Part shown: in pieces, positions 18,201-25,536 of the stretch
How positions within the stretch are numbered: position 1 is the stretch's first letter
Layout of the letters: each line of letters begins with the position of its first letter
DNA from: an uncultured Bacteroidales bacterium
GTDB taxonomy: Bacteria; Bacteroidota; Bacteroidia; Bacteroidales; JBBRXJ01
Direction: 5' to 3'
Assembly (NCBI GenBank): GCA_964549265.1
Contig: CAZJWE010000002.1
Location: 1,040-65,039, forward strand
DNA length: 64,000 bases
Notes under the pieces: model-generated
What the model was told of the DNA's origin: nothing
Database searches by the model: none
Seen by the model: the letters and a program-made list of their open reading frames with translations, nothing else
Made by a program: the position numbers and the translations under genes

Positions 18201-21200
18201 GTTTGATGACCCTTTTCATTTTCGGTTCGAAAACTAAGATTAAGTTTACCAGCATCTTCATGAGTATACTCTGGATTTTGATAATCAATATATTTAAATT
18301 TTTTAAGATAATTATAAAAGTTCCATTGTTTATGCAATAATTCTTTGGTAAGAACAACATCTTGTAGTCCGGGTATTGAATTGTATTGATACAAATAGTC
18401 GGGATAATAACGTGATGCATCTATGCTTTTCATTTTCAGCAACTCCGGAGAAAATATATATTCATAATAAGGGTCGTGCTTAAAAACAATTGAGAATTCA
18501 TCAATGAGCGTAAATCGTGCATTCCCGCTAACCGGCCCGGCAAGATTTTTCATATAATACCTCCTATCTGTAGGATTCAATAATTGTATGCTCTCCCCCT
18601 GTTCAAGATATGCATACTTGTCTTTGAATGTATTCTTGTAAGGGAATATATATTTATACAATAACCTCTGTTCCCAAAAAGATAATTTAGGTTTTACTTC
18701 ATAAATTTTTACCTGTGGATGAACGAGGTCTTCATTTAAACTCAGTATTGTTTTTTTCCCTTTTTCAATGTAAATATCCTTGATCTTAATGGTACTGGTG
18801 CTTGTTCTGAGCTTTAATTCATGATATCCTTCACGTATTCTGAATGAATAAGGCTGGTTTGTTGTTGACCAACTAAAATAAACAGGCTTGTCATCGACAT
18901 ATATAACATGAACAGGTTGGATGACTCCTTCTGAGATCACAAACGGAGCAAACTGCGTGATCGAATCATTTGCATTATCGCGGTACGAGTAAATGGAGTC
19001 GCCAGGGTAAATAAAATTATAATACTCAATTGAATCAAGTCTTTTTGTTGCTTTCCATGCAGAATAGTCCAACGCTAAAGATCCTTCTTTTGATGATTTT
19101 TTATGTTCAAAATAATTGATCATTCTTTTGCTTTTTCTTTTTTTCTCAATATAAGGGACAACAGGGGCCCTATAATCAAATTTACTTGTTATGGAATAAG
19201 CTGTGATGTCAACACCGGGAACCGGCTTGCCTTTATTGTCAGTAACCAATAATTCGATCTTCGTTTTCTTTCCTGGATATACAATATGCGGTTCAATGGC
19301 CTGAATATTAAGCTTACGATCCAATAACGGAATGCTGTATGTTGCTTCCTTTACTTCTCCTCCCCAAAGATAACTTATTGTTATATAATAGTTTTTTTTT
19401 GTTCTGGTTTTGCATTCAATATGCAATGAATCGGAATAACCTCTTAATTTTTCATTATTCCCTTTATATATGTTGTAGACAAAAGGAATATTCCGTGGAT
19501 TGTCTACTGTTAGATGAATTGAATCATAATCGCGCTCTGAAATGACCCGGATTAAAGATGGCTGTTCTGAAATGTTAAATGTTTTGGAAAGGCTGTCGGA
19601 GGTTACGGTGTATGTTGCATAATAAGGTTCCAATAAAAAGGTATGTGGTATTTCTCCTTTGTGTATTGCTGTAGTGTTTCCAAAATGGTCAATGGCAAAA
19701 ACAAAAGCTTGTCTTGTTTCTGGCTTTCCATTATTGAAATAAGTAAAATGTAATGAATCATTTTTCAATTGTATATCAAATTCATCATGTGAATGATAAT
19801 AATTTACTTTTTTTCTCTCGGTAATAATCTCATTATCTGAAGTTAATAATTTTACTTTTATTTCATATTCAATATTCACCTTTGGAAAAAGCGTATCAGG
19901 GATGGTGATCTCGGTCTCATTAGTGGGTTCAAGCTGTTGTTCATGTTTCAATATTGTATCAGGTATATACACGTGCTTAGCATGGCATTTATAAATCTGA
20001 ACAGGGCTTATCATAATATGTATTCTTGCATCCAATAAATTCAGGTCATTATCATCTGTTCCTTTTACAAACAGCTTAAATGGTTTATTTCGGTAATGCA
20101 CTTCATCAGAAGTTCGTATTGAAAGTTTTGTTTTTGACAATTCATAATCTTCATATACAAATGTCTCTTTAATAAATTTCTTACGCGGCTTTAATTCCAA
20201 TGCAATTGAATATTCCCTGTCTAATTGCATATTCAAAGAATCATGGATATAAAATTGGTATTCATATCCGCCTTTCCGGTAGGGTGTAAGTTCGGTTAAT
20301 TTTACTTTTTTATTATATTCTCTGAATCCATCCAATATCACATTCACTTTTCTTTTTACAGGTTTGCCTTTTTTAGTAAGGATAAAAGCCTTGAATTTAA
20401 CAGTATCTCCGGGTTTGTATTTGGGTTTATTGAATACCAGATAGCCGGTATGTTTCCTTCTAAATTTATGATAACCACAACGTTTTGTGTCAAATAAACA
20501 AGCTATTTTCCTTAAAAAACGTTTAACTCTATAAAATCCACTGAAATATCGGCCTTCAATTAATGACCTGGCCCCATCAACAGGCAGAGATACAACAGAC
20601 CAGACCGGACGCCATACATATTTCAGAGGGGTTCCGTACATTACTTTCCGATAATTTCTCTTAAATAATGAATTATTATACTTCCTTGTAAGATCAAAAT
20701 ATGCAGTGGTCCCATTATATGTAACACTTAATAATCCTTTTTGGTTCGATTTTTTATCTATATAGCAGTGGGTTAAGTCATCATAATGCAATTTTTTCCA
20801 TCTTACTTTCACCTTTGCATCATCAATTATATTTCCTCTTAAATCATATACCCGGATGCACAAATCGGTGTTATTATTAAAAATATAAACATCAAAATCA
20901 TGTATTGATGTAATAAAATATTCTTGCTTGTTTTTGTTGGCAAATGTCTTTAAATAATGGCCGGGCTCAAATTTCTCTTTATATTCTTTGTCTGTAGGGA
21001 ATGAATCAATTAATGTATGAAAATAAGATGTATCAACAATTCTTTTATTTTTTTTATAAATTTCTTTCGCTTCTTTGTCTTTTAGTTTGTAAATATAAGT
21101 AAGGTAACTTGTTTTTCTGCTTTTAATTAAATCCTGACAATTAATATAATGTAATTGGGATAAACCAATAATAATTATAAGTAGAAGCAGTCTGACTTGT

Positions 21201-21205
21201 CTCAT
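15227..21205 (-). CDS. alpha-2-macroglobulin family protein (1992 aa) with embedded CarboxypepD_reg and TonB-dependent-receptor plug-like module
   Basis: Signal peptide. Long N-terminal beta-sandwich region. 17224-17839 encodes IEGDVFDENGEPMIGANI...VSFVGYEEK...IVVGYGTVKK...LQGEAAGV...IRIRGVGS...FVIDG...IKSIKVLKGNEATAIYGIRGANGVVIIETKKG. A2M signature FSDAAFWKPTLRTDQDGKVVFDVIFPDDVTSWETYYLA. Thioester-type motif YGCNEQ at 16490-16504. Confidence 0.85.
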   Translation of the reverse strand: MRQVRLLLLIIIIGLSQLHYINCQDLIKSRKTSYLTYIYKLKDKEAKEIYKKNKRIVDTSYFHTLIDSFPTDKEYKEKFEPGHYLKTFANKNKQEYFITSIHDFDVYIFNNNTDLCIRVYDLRGNIIDDAKVKVRWKKLHYDDLTHCYIDKKSNQKGLLSVTYNGTTAYFDLTRKYNNSLFKRNYRKVMYGTPLKYVWRPVWSVVSLPVDGARSLIEGRYFSGFYRVKRFLRKIACLFDTKRCGYHKFRRKHTGYLVFNKPKYKPGDTVKFKAFILTKKGKPVKRKVNVILDGFREYNKKVKLTELTPYRKGGYEYQFYIHDSLNMQLDREYSIALELKPRKKFIKETFVYEDYELSKTKLSIRTSDEVHYRNKPFKLFVKGTDDNDLNLLDARIHIMISPVQIYKCHAKHVYIPDTILKHEQQLEPTNETEITIPDTLFPKVNIEYEIKVKLLTSDNEIITERKKVNYYHSHDEFDIQLKNDSLHFTYFNNGKPETRQAFVFAIDHFGNTTAIHKGEIPHTFLLEPYYATYTVTSDSLSKTFNISEQPSLIRVISERDYDSIHLTVDNPRNIPFVYNIYKGNNEKLRGYSDSLHIECKTRTKKNYYITISYLWGGEVKEATYSIPLLDRKLNIQAIEPHIVYPGKKTKIELLVTDNKGKPVPGVDITAYSITSKFDYRAPVVPYIEKKRKSKRMINYFEHKKSSKEGSLALDYSAWKATKRLDSIEYYNFIYPGDSIYSYRDNANDSITQFAPFVISEGVIQPVHVIYVDDKPVYFSWSTTNQPYSFRIREGYHELKLRTSTSTIKIKDIYIEKGKKTILSLNEDLVHPQVKIYEVKPKLSFWEQRLLYKYIFPYKNTFKDKYAYLEQGESIQLLNPTDRRYYMKNLAGPVSGNARFTLIDEFSIVFKHDPYYEYIFSPELLKMKSIDASRYYPDYLYQYNSIPGLQDVVLTKELLHKQWNFYNYLKKFKYIDYQNPEYTHEDAGKLNLSFRTENEKGHQTPLSILVFKHEDPHYLRIYPGNVNVFHHLKKGNYRLAFLYLGAEYYMQDSIYIQPDGQTYQVITQPKDFKKDSFSVELDGIIDDIIANSGARTSFNYERCKINKIYTKYHLDHLFTDFVGTIEGDVFDENGEPMIGANIIEKGTTNGTTTDIDGHYVLHLLSRNAEIQVSFVGYEEKTFKVSQRFNYDITLEPSTQQLDEIIVVGYGTVKKHDLTSSIEVVESRDIESIPILRSEVLQGEAAGVFIAANSGAPGAPHGIRIRGVGSPNMESLLFVIDGLVCTEESIVTELKTQDIKSIKVLKGNEATAIYGIRGANGVVIIETKKGLHNIVNFLQFRNMGAKGADFSPALLTESTGASSIRQNFSDAAFWKPTLRTDQDGKVVFDVIFPDDVTSWETYYLAMNGKRQSGQEQGYIKSYKPFMAQLAAPRFLIMSDSTYAIGKTLNYTTDSIWVKTTFELNDTVLFTRNIFCKDAVLDTLPVIAKADSLKILYKLEKEDGYFDGELRDIPVFPVGLKEANGEFYVLNHDTIIHPVFDTTLGTVNIYARSDVLDVIADEISYVINYVYGCNEQIASKLKALLAEKTIASYNEKPFRSDQKAKKLIRLLIKNRKESGLWGWWKNSKDNYWITMHVLEALLKAEKMGYEIDINKEVLASELVWKLENNHNVGLQLRLLKALHLLNASADYEKYVTRIGKMNLGLNDLLKFIQLKQFRQISYNIDTLQYYTDTTLFGNVYFSDTTRNWSLSDNTIQNTLLAYSIYKLDTNDHENLLLKIMNYFFEKRNNGHWRNTYESAQIIETILPDLIGGKEKLDETVLHIRGDISKNITEFPFDMKLKPDQEIQIEKKGDFPVYLIHYQEYFNPQPEERKNDFEITTYFDNKTDGFLKSGEKVKLIANVKIKKDAEYLMINIPIPGGCSYAEKKNNYCNETHREYFKHKTTIFCERLKAGEYSFEIILTPRYTGTYTMNPAQVELMYFPTFQANNKLKKLSIQ

Positions 21206-21352
21206 TGGTTGATATTTAAAGTTATATTTTTTAACCCAGCATTTTAAAAATGATAATGAATAACAAAAGCTAATGTAGCAAAAAAAAATAAGTTAAAAAA
21301 ATGCCTCTTAAATACGATCCTTTAGAATTTGTTAATCTTCCATTAAATTTAT

Positions 21353-22374
21353 TTTTCTTTTTGTATTTTTATTCTACATAAACAAATTGTCACAACATTA
21401 AATATTGACCAGTATGAATGAACAAAAAATTGAAAAGATAAGCACAACCGACAATCAAAAGAAAGAAATCCATAAAGCAATTCAATCCGGTAACTACGCC
21501 CACAACGAAAAAGTCTGGACATACTTTGTTGCACATTTAATCTTAAACAGTAAGAATAAAAAACAACTTTTGGAAAAATTCCTGGGTGGAAATAGTATAA
21601 AGGAACCCTGTGTAAAGGAAATGGAGATATGGTATGAGGCCCAACCCATTTCACCACGAAAAGGGGTGAGCGGAAATAGTGAAGGGAACACATGTTTGGA
21701 CATGTCCTTTGGTGCCATAAAAAAAAGAGAAGAAACAGACGGTGGCATTGAATTCTCTCCCAAAAAAGGCTGCACATGGGCCTGTTTTATAGAAGCAAAA
21801 GTACTCTCCGACTGCAGCACAGATGTGAGTTACGACCCATTCCGCAACCAAATTACCCGTGTAATAGAAAATCTGGTGACATTTCAAAACGCTAAAGAAA
21901 AAAGCAGTTACCCCAACCCCTGCTATTTTACATTGCTGACACCACGGGCATTTAAAGAAAGGCCCTATTCAAAATTATACGGATATAAATATTTTGAATA
22001 CCATGACTGGCAAAGAATAGAACAAGATTTTGAATTATGCTGCATTGACAAACGAAAGGAAAGCCGGTGGGAATATCCAAAATACATTTCCAAACGCCTC
22101 TCCACCCTCAAACTAAACTGGGTAACCTATGAAGAGATCATTGAACAAGAGCTGGGCATAACTAATTTTGATCTGCTGGAGTTTATTAAGGTGAAGAACC
22201 GGAAAGAACAGACAGAAATAAAGGATGAAGGGATGAAAAAGGTGAAGGCGTATTTTGATAAAATAAAAGAAGAGCTGTTTAAATATCTAAAAGAAAAAGA
22301 ATTGGCTTAACATATTGGGCCAAAATCAATCCGGTCTGCCCCGGCCCTGAAGGGAGCCGGATTGATTTTGCCGG
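21353..22374 (+). repeat. direct repeat DR-B (partner of 12451-13472)
   Basis: Same sequence as DR-A. Differences are one substitution plus a 1-nt indel upstream of the ATG, a cluster of substitutions in the last ~100 nt of the gene, and two in the hairpin. Confidence 0.9.
21414..22310 (+). CDS. PD-(D/E)xK nuclease-motif protein, copy 2
   Basis: Identical to copy 1 for the first 269 of 301 listed residues. 5 substitutions fall in the last 32 (QTEIKDEGMKKVKAY...KEKELA vs QKEIMDEGMKKEKRY...KENELA). Confidence 0.7.
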   Translation: MNEQKIEKISTTDNQKKEIHKAIQSGNYAHNEKVWTYFVAHLILNSKNKKQLLEKFLGGNSIKEPCVKEMEIWYEAQPISPRKGVSGNSEGNTCLDMSFGAIKKREETDGGIEFSPKKGCTWACFIEAKVLSDCSTDVSYDPFRNQITRVIENLVTFQNAKEKSSYPNPCYFTLLTPRAFKERPYSKLYGYKYFEYHDWQRIEQDFELCCIDKRKESRWEYPKYISKRLSTLKLNWVTYEEIIEQELGITNFDLLEFIKVKNRKEQTEIKDEGMKKVKAYFDKIKEELFKYLKEKELA

Positions 22375-22510
22375 TTACCACATAAACAACAAGAAATATG
22401 TAATGATGATTTTTTAAATATATACCTGAAATAAATAGCGTTTCCGCTGAAAATCAGGGCTCCCTTCAGGGGCCAGGGCAAAACCTGATTTTCAGCCTAT
22501 ATTGGTAGTA
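22314..22510. mobile_element. R1 doublet E4: REPIN/MITE-like element (L hairpin 22317-22374, inverted R hairpin 22446-22496)
   Basis: The conserved element starts 3 nt after the copy-2 stop and the hairpin 6 nt after it. Same architecture and terminal attggtagta as E3. Confidence 0.8.
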
Positions 22511-22541
22511 GCTTCTATAAATTAGTAAATGAATTCATTAT

Positions 22542-22748
22542 ATGACAAATAAAAACTTTATACTCAAAATCATTGCATTGTATGCAATTGGTTTTATATG
22601 CCTTTTAATATATTTTAGCACCGGCAATACCGGCATTTTTGCCATCTCTTCCTGGAATATTCTGCGTTTTGCTCTGCTCATTGCCGGAATTGCAATCCCG
22701 GTTATTGTTACTTTTATGGTGATTAAGAAGTATGTTTGGGGTGAGTGA
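22542..22748 (+). CDS. small two-TM membrane protein, unknown function
   Basis: 68 aa with two hydrophobic helices (IIALYAIGFICLLIYF; FALLIAGIAIPVIVTFMVI). Confidence 0.4.
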   Translation: MTNKNFILKIIALYAIGFICLLIYFSTGNTGIFAISSWNILRFALLIAGIAIPVIVTFMVIKKYVWGE

Positions 22749-23033
22749 GGGAAATGATTAAATGGACAGTATATATTACAAAGCAATTTTAATGAACTAA
22801 ATTATAATAAAACTTATCAAAAAAGCTAATTGCCTCATTTTCAAGTGTGGAATTCTATTAAAATTCATTTCATTATCTTTATATTCTAAATAAATATGAT
22901 TATTTTAAAAAAGACTGCTCTATGGATTATATAGAAGAAAAAACATATCATAATTGGAGCGAACATGTTAAAAGATTTCTTTACAGCAACTTCCTTCTAT
23001 GGAAATATATTATTAATTAAAAATGTTTTTTAA

Positions 23034-23696
23034 ATGAAAATAATAATAATTACAAGTTACGAATTCTGGGAAAATAAGGATTTACAAAAAGAATTTGAAA
23101 TGATTGATTTTAATAATTACAAATTAGTTTTAAAAGTAAATAAAGGGCATATTGATTTGAATCACATTACAAGAAATAATGAGCTGAAATATATGCCTTT
23201 AAAACATACCGATTGGGAAGTCTTTGATTTTAGAAGTCTATTTACATATTTTGACCCAAAACAAAAACCATGTAAGATAGAATTTTATTTGGTTAAAAAT
23301 GAAATAATCAGCAAATATCAAATTCAACAAGAATTAAAATATAAGTTAAACACAAAATTCTCTCATTTAATTGATACGGTACGAAAAATTAAAAACGATG
23401 AAATAGATGAAATATATAATTTCATCCACGGAATATTATATAAGAAACTGCTCCAAGAGTTCTGCAAATTACATTATAATTCAGATAGAATGTCATTAGC
23501 AAAGCACAGTCCATTAAAACCTCATTTTTTTAAATATGATTATCTGAATGAAAGAAAAAGAGATTATACAGATAAATTCACTGGCCTTAAAATAGATGAA
23601 AGGAATAAACAATTTTCTTTGGATAATGATGAATATTTTAAATGGGCCTTTCATTGGATAACTCATGATTATCTTGAGAAATATTACTTCGCATAA
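23034..23696 (+). CDS. hypothetical protein (no recognisable family)
   Basis: Intact 220-aa ORF in a very AT-rich stretch. Confidence 0.45.
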   Translation: MKIIIITSYEFWENKDLQKEFEMIDFNNYKLVLKVNKGHIDLNHITRNNELKYMPLKHTDWEVFDFRSLFTYFDPKQKPCKIEFYLVKNEIISKYQIQQELKYKLNTKFSHLIDTVRKIKNDEIDEIYNFIHGILYKKLLQEFCKLHYNSDRMSLAKHSPLKPHFFKYDYLNERKRDYTDKFTGLKIDERNKQFSLDNDEYFKWAFHWITHDYLEKYYFA

Positions 23697-23732
23697 TCAT
23701 TAAAATCTCATTTTCCGGGTATTGATAATAGC

Positions 23733-23793
23733 GTTGAAATTTCAACCCGAGGCCTTGCCATCGGGCTGAAATATTATAGGCTTTCAGCCCGGG
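23733..23793. repeat. R3 double-hairpin repeat, copy A
   Basis: gttgaaatttcaacccgaggccttgccatcgggctgaaatattataggctttcagcccggg contains cccga...tcggg and gggctgaaa...tttcagccc stems. A related copy is at 36821-36864. Confidence 0.65.
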
Positions 23794-24008
23794 TATTATT
23801 AAAGAAAGCAGGAGTATTTTGTTCTAAGTTAGATGAACTAATACTAAACATATACTTAAAAACAAATCCCCCCTACTCCTCAATAAACTTCTCTTCTTGT
23901 TCGATATGGTCTGCGGGTTTTACATGCAGAAATTAGGCAATGAGGGTTGTTTGTAATATGAAGACATATAATGATTTTTTGTTACATTTTACTATAAATA
24001 ATCAGACA

Positions 24009-24215
24009 ATGAATAACGTCTCATTATTTACAAAAATTAATTCTTTGCTAGAGCCTTTGAAAACAGAGGCAAACGATTATATTGATTTTTTGATTAATAA
24101 GAAAAAAATCAAAAAGGTACAAAAAACACGGAAAGCCGGATTTCTAAAAGGCAACATTAAAATGTCTCCTGATTTTGATGAGCCATTAGACGACTTTAAC
24201 GAATATATGCAATGA
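24009..24215 (+). CDS. DUF2281-type antitoxin (orphan)
   Basis: From internal Met 24: MNNVSLFTKINSLLEPLKTEANDYIDFLINKKK...RKAGFLKGNIKMSPDFDEPLDDFNEYMQ, typical of DUF2281 antitoxins paired with PIN toxins. The stop overlaps an ATG (ATGA), but only MNLLL follows before homology is lost. Confidence 0.55.
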   Translation: MNNVSLFTKINSLLEPLKTEANDYIDFLINKKKIKKVQKTRKAGFLKGNIKMSPDFDEPLDDFNEYMQ

Positions 24216-24417
24216 ATTTATTACTTTTCCTCCCCATAACACTTAAATCCCTTACATCAACATCCAGGATATCTGCTATTTTGTTAAGGACTTAGAGGCT
24301 GGGTTTCGATTTGTTGTTTCAATAATTGGTTACCACCACATAACTGTTCCCGATTTGTTCGGCAAGCAATGTTTGAGTTCGTCCCTGTTCTTTTAACACT
24401 TCTTTTATTCTGTTCAT
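24196..24417 (-). pseudogene. XRE-family HTH gene with two in-frame nonsense codons
   Basis: The reverse strand reads MNRIKEVLKEQGRTQTLLAEQIGNSYVVVTNY*NNKSKPSL*VLNKIADILDVDVRDLSVM. The stops are TGA at 24319-24321 and TAA at 24292-24294, and the frame is otherwise intact. Confidence 0.6.
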
Positions 24418-24962
24418 AATCTATTTATCAACATTTAATAAAACTATATTGTTGATTTGTAGTTAAATATATTGTATAATTTATAAAAATGTGTGATTTC
24501 AAAAATAATATAAATGCAGGGAAATGCCAAAAGTGCTGCTGGGAGAAAATTTGTATGGTTTGGCTGAGAGGTGTTATAAGAAGTTGAAAGAGTACCCGGG
24601 TAATTTTTAAGCTCCCTGCAGTATGTCTTTCTCATAGAGAGGGATCATTGAAAACCTGGGTGACTTGATATATTTTTTGGCGATATATATTCTACATTCA
24701 TCTATTATCTTAAAACTTTCAATTCCTAAATTCATCTTTATACTTTGAAATTTCAAATGAAAATTCCGGCATAATTAATGAATCCAATTCTAACTATGAC
24801 TTTTTTACGCCTCTACACGTCTTTTGTGGAGACAATACCTGATAAAAAAATTACTGAATTTGTAACCAAAAAATTTTTTCCCCGTAATAAGTTAAACTTG
24901 TTTTGACAAAATAACAAGTATATAAAAAACTGAATATTAACCAAAAAAGAAGGAGGACTAAC

Positions 24963-25523
24963 ATGAGAAAAAAACACAGAGTAAAAAATGGGAAACGATA
25001 CGCTGTGCTTGTCAAAGTGTTGAAAGTAATAAACTTAACCGTGGCATTCCTTTTAACATTTACCTTTTCACTTTCTACCGTAACAGCACAAGAAAGCATC
25101 AACGCCTCAGGCGATAATGCTTCGGGCAGCGGAGGCTCGGTAAGCTATTCCGTTGGGCAGGTTGTGTATCAAAGCCATACCGGATCAACAGGATCGATAA
25201 CGGAAGGCGTTCAGCAACCTTATGAAATATCGGTAATAACAACCCTTGAAGAAGCCGAAGGCATAGCCCTTTTGGCTACGGCTTTCCCAAACCCGACCGA
25301 CAATTATCTTACATTAAGTATAGATGATAATGTACAGACAAGGAATGCCCTGTCTCAACTATCTTTTCAACTGTACGACATGAACGGAAACCTTTTACAA
25401 AGCGAAAAGATTACAGGCAACCAAACAAGCATTGTTATGAGCAATCTTGTGCCGGCAACTTATTTTGTAAAAGTAATACAAGATCAAAAAGAAATAAAAA
25501 CATTTAAAATTTTTAAAAATTAA
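24963..25523 (+). CDS. secreted protein with T9SS type-A C-terminal sorting domain
   Basis: Signal/anchor (VINLTVAFLLTFTFSLSTVTAQ). CTD AFPNPTDNYLTLSIDD...LYDMNGNLLQSEKITGNQTSIVMSNLVPATYFVKVIQDQKEIKTFKIFKN. AGGAGG lies 6 nt upstream of the ATG. Confidence 0.8.
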   Translation: MRKKHRVKNGKRYAVLVKVLKVINLTVAFLLTFTFSLSTVTAQESINASGDNASGSGGSVSYSVGQVVYQSHTGSTGSITEGVQQPYEISVITTLEEAEGIALLATAFPNPTDNYLTLSIDDNVQTRNALSQLSFQLYDMNGNLLQSEKITGNQTSIVMSNLVPATYFVKVIQDQKEIKTFKIFKN

Positions 25524-25536
25524 GGAGGACTAAACA

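Noticed and set aside
12350-22510. CRISPR array formed by the repeated hairpins
   Set aside because: Repeat units are ~90-200 bp with irregular spacing of 1-7 kb, the intervening sequence is ordinary genes, and no cas genes are present.
24212-24295. Calling the ORF after the DUF2281 gene a PIN/VapC toxin
   Set aside because: Only the first five residues (MNLLL) resemble a PIN N-terminus. The frame ends after 27 codons, and the DNA is instead the 3' part of the convergent XRE pseudogene.
24292-24321. Stop-codon reassignment suggested by in-frame TGA and TAA inside an otherwise perfect XRE reading frame
   Set aside because: All the well-recognised housekeeping genes in the window terminate normally at TAA, TGA or TAG with expected lengths. 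Two single-nucleotide nonsense mutations in a decaying island are the simpler explanation.
24515-24620. TPP (THI-box)-like riboswitch: 8-bp closing stem tgcaggga/tccctgca enclosing ctggg…ggCTGAGAg…tACCCggg
   Set aside because: Only the CUGAGA and ACCC words of the pyrimidine-sensor half are present. The pyrophosphate-sensor helix (CCUGAUCUGGAUAAUGCCAGCG-like) is missing. No thiamine gene is nearby and the element lies in a decayed AT-rich tract. It may still be a small hairpin, but I cannot support a riboswitch call.
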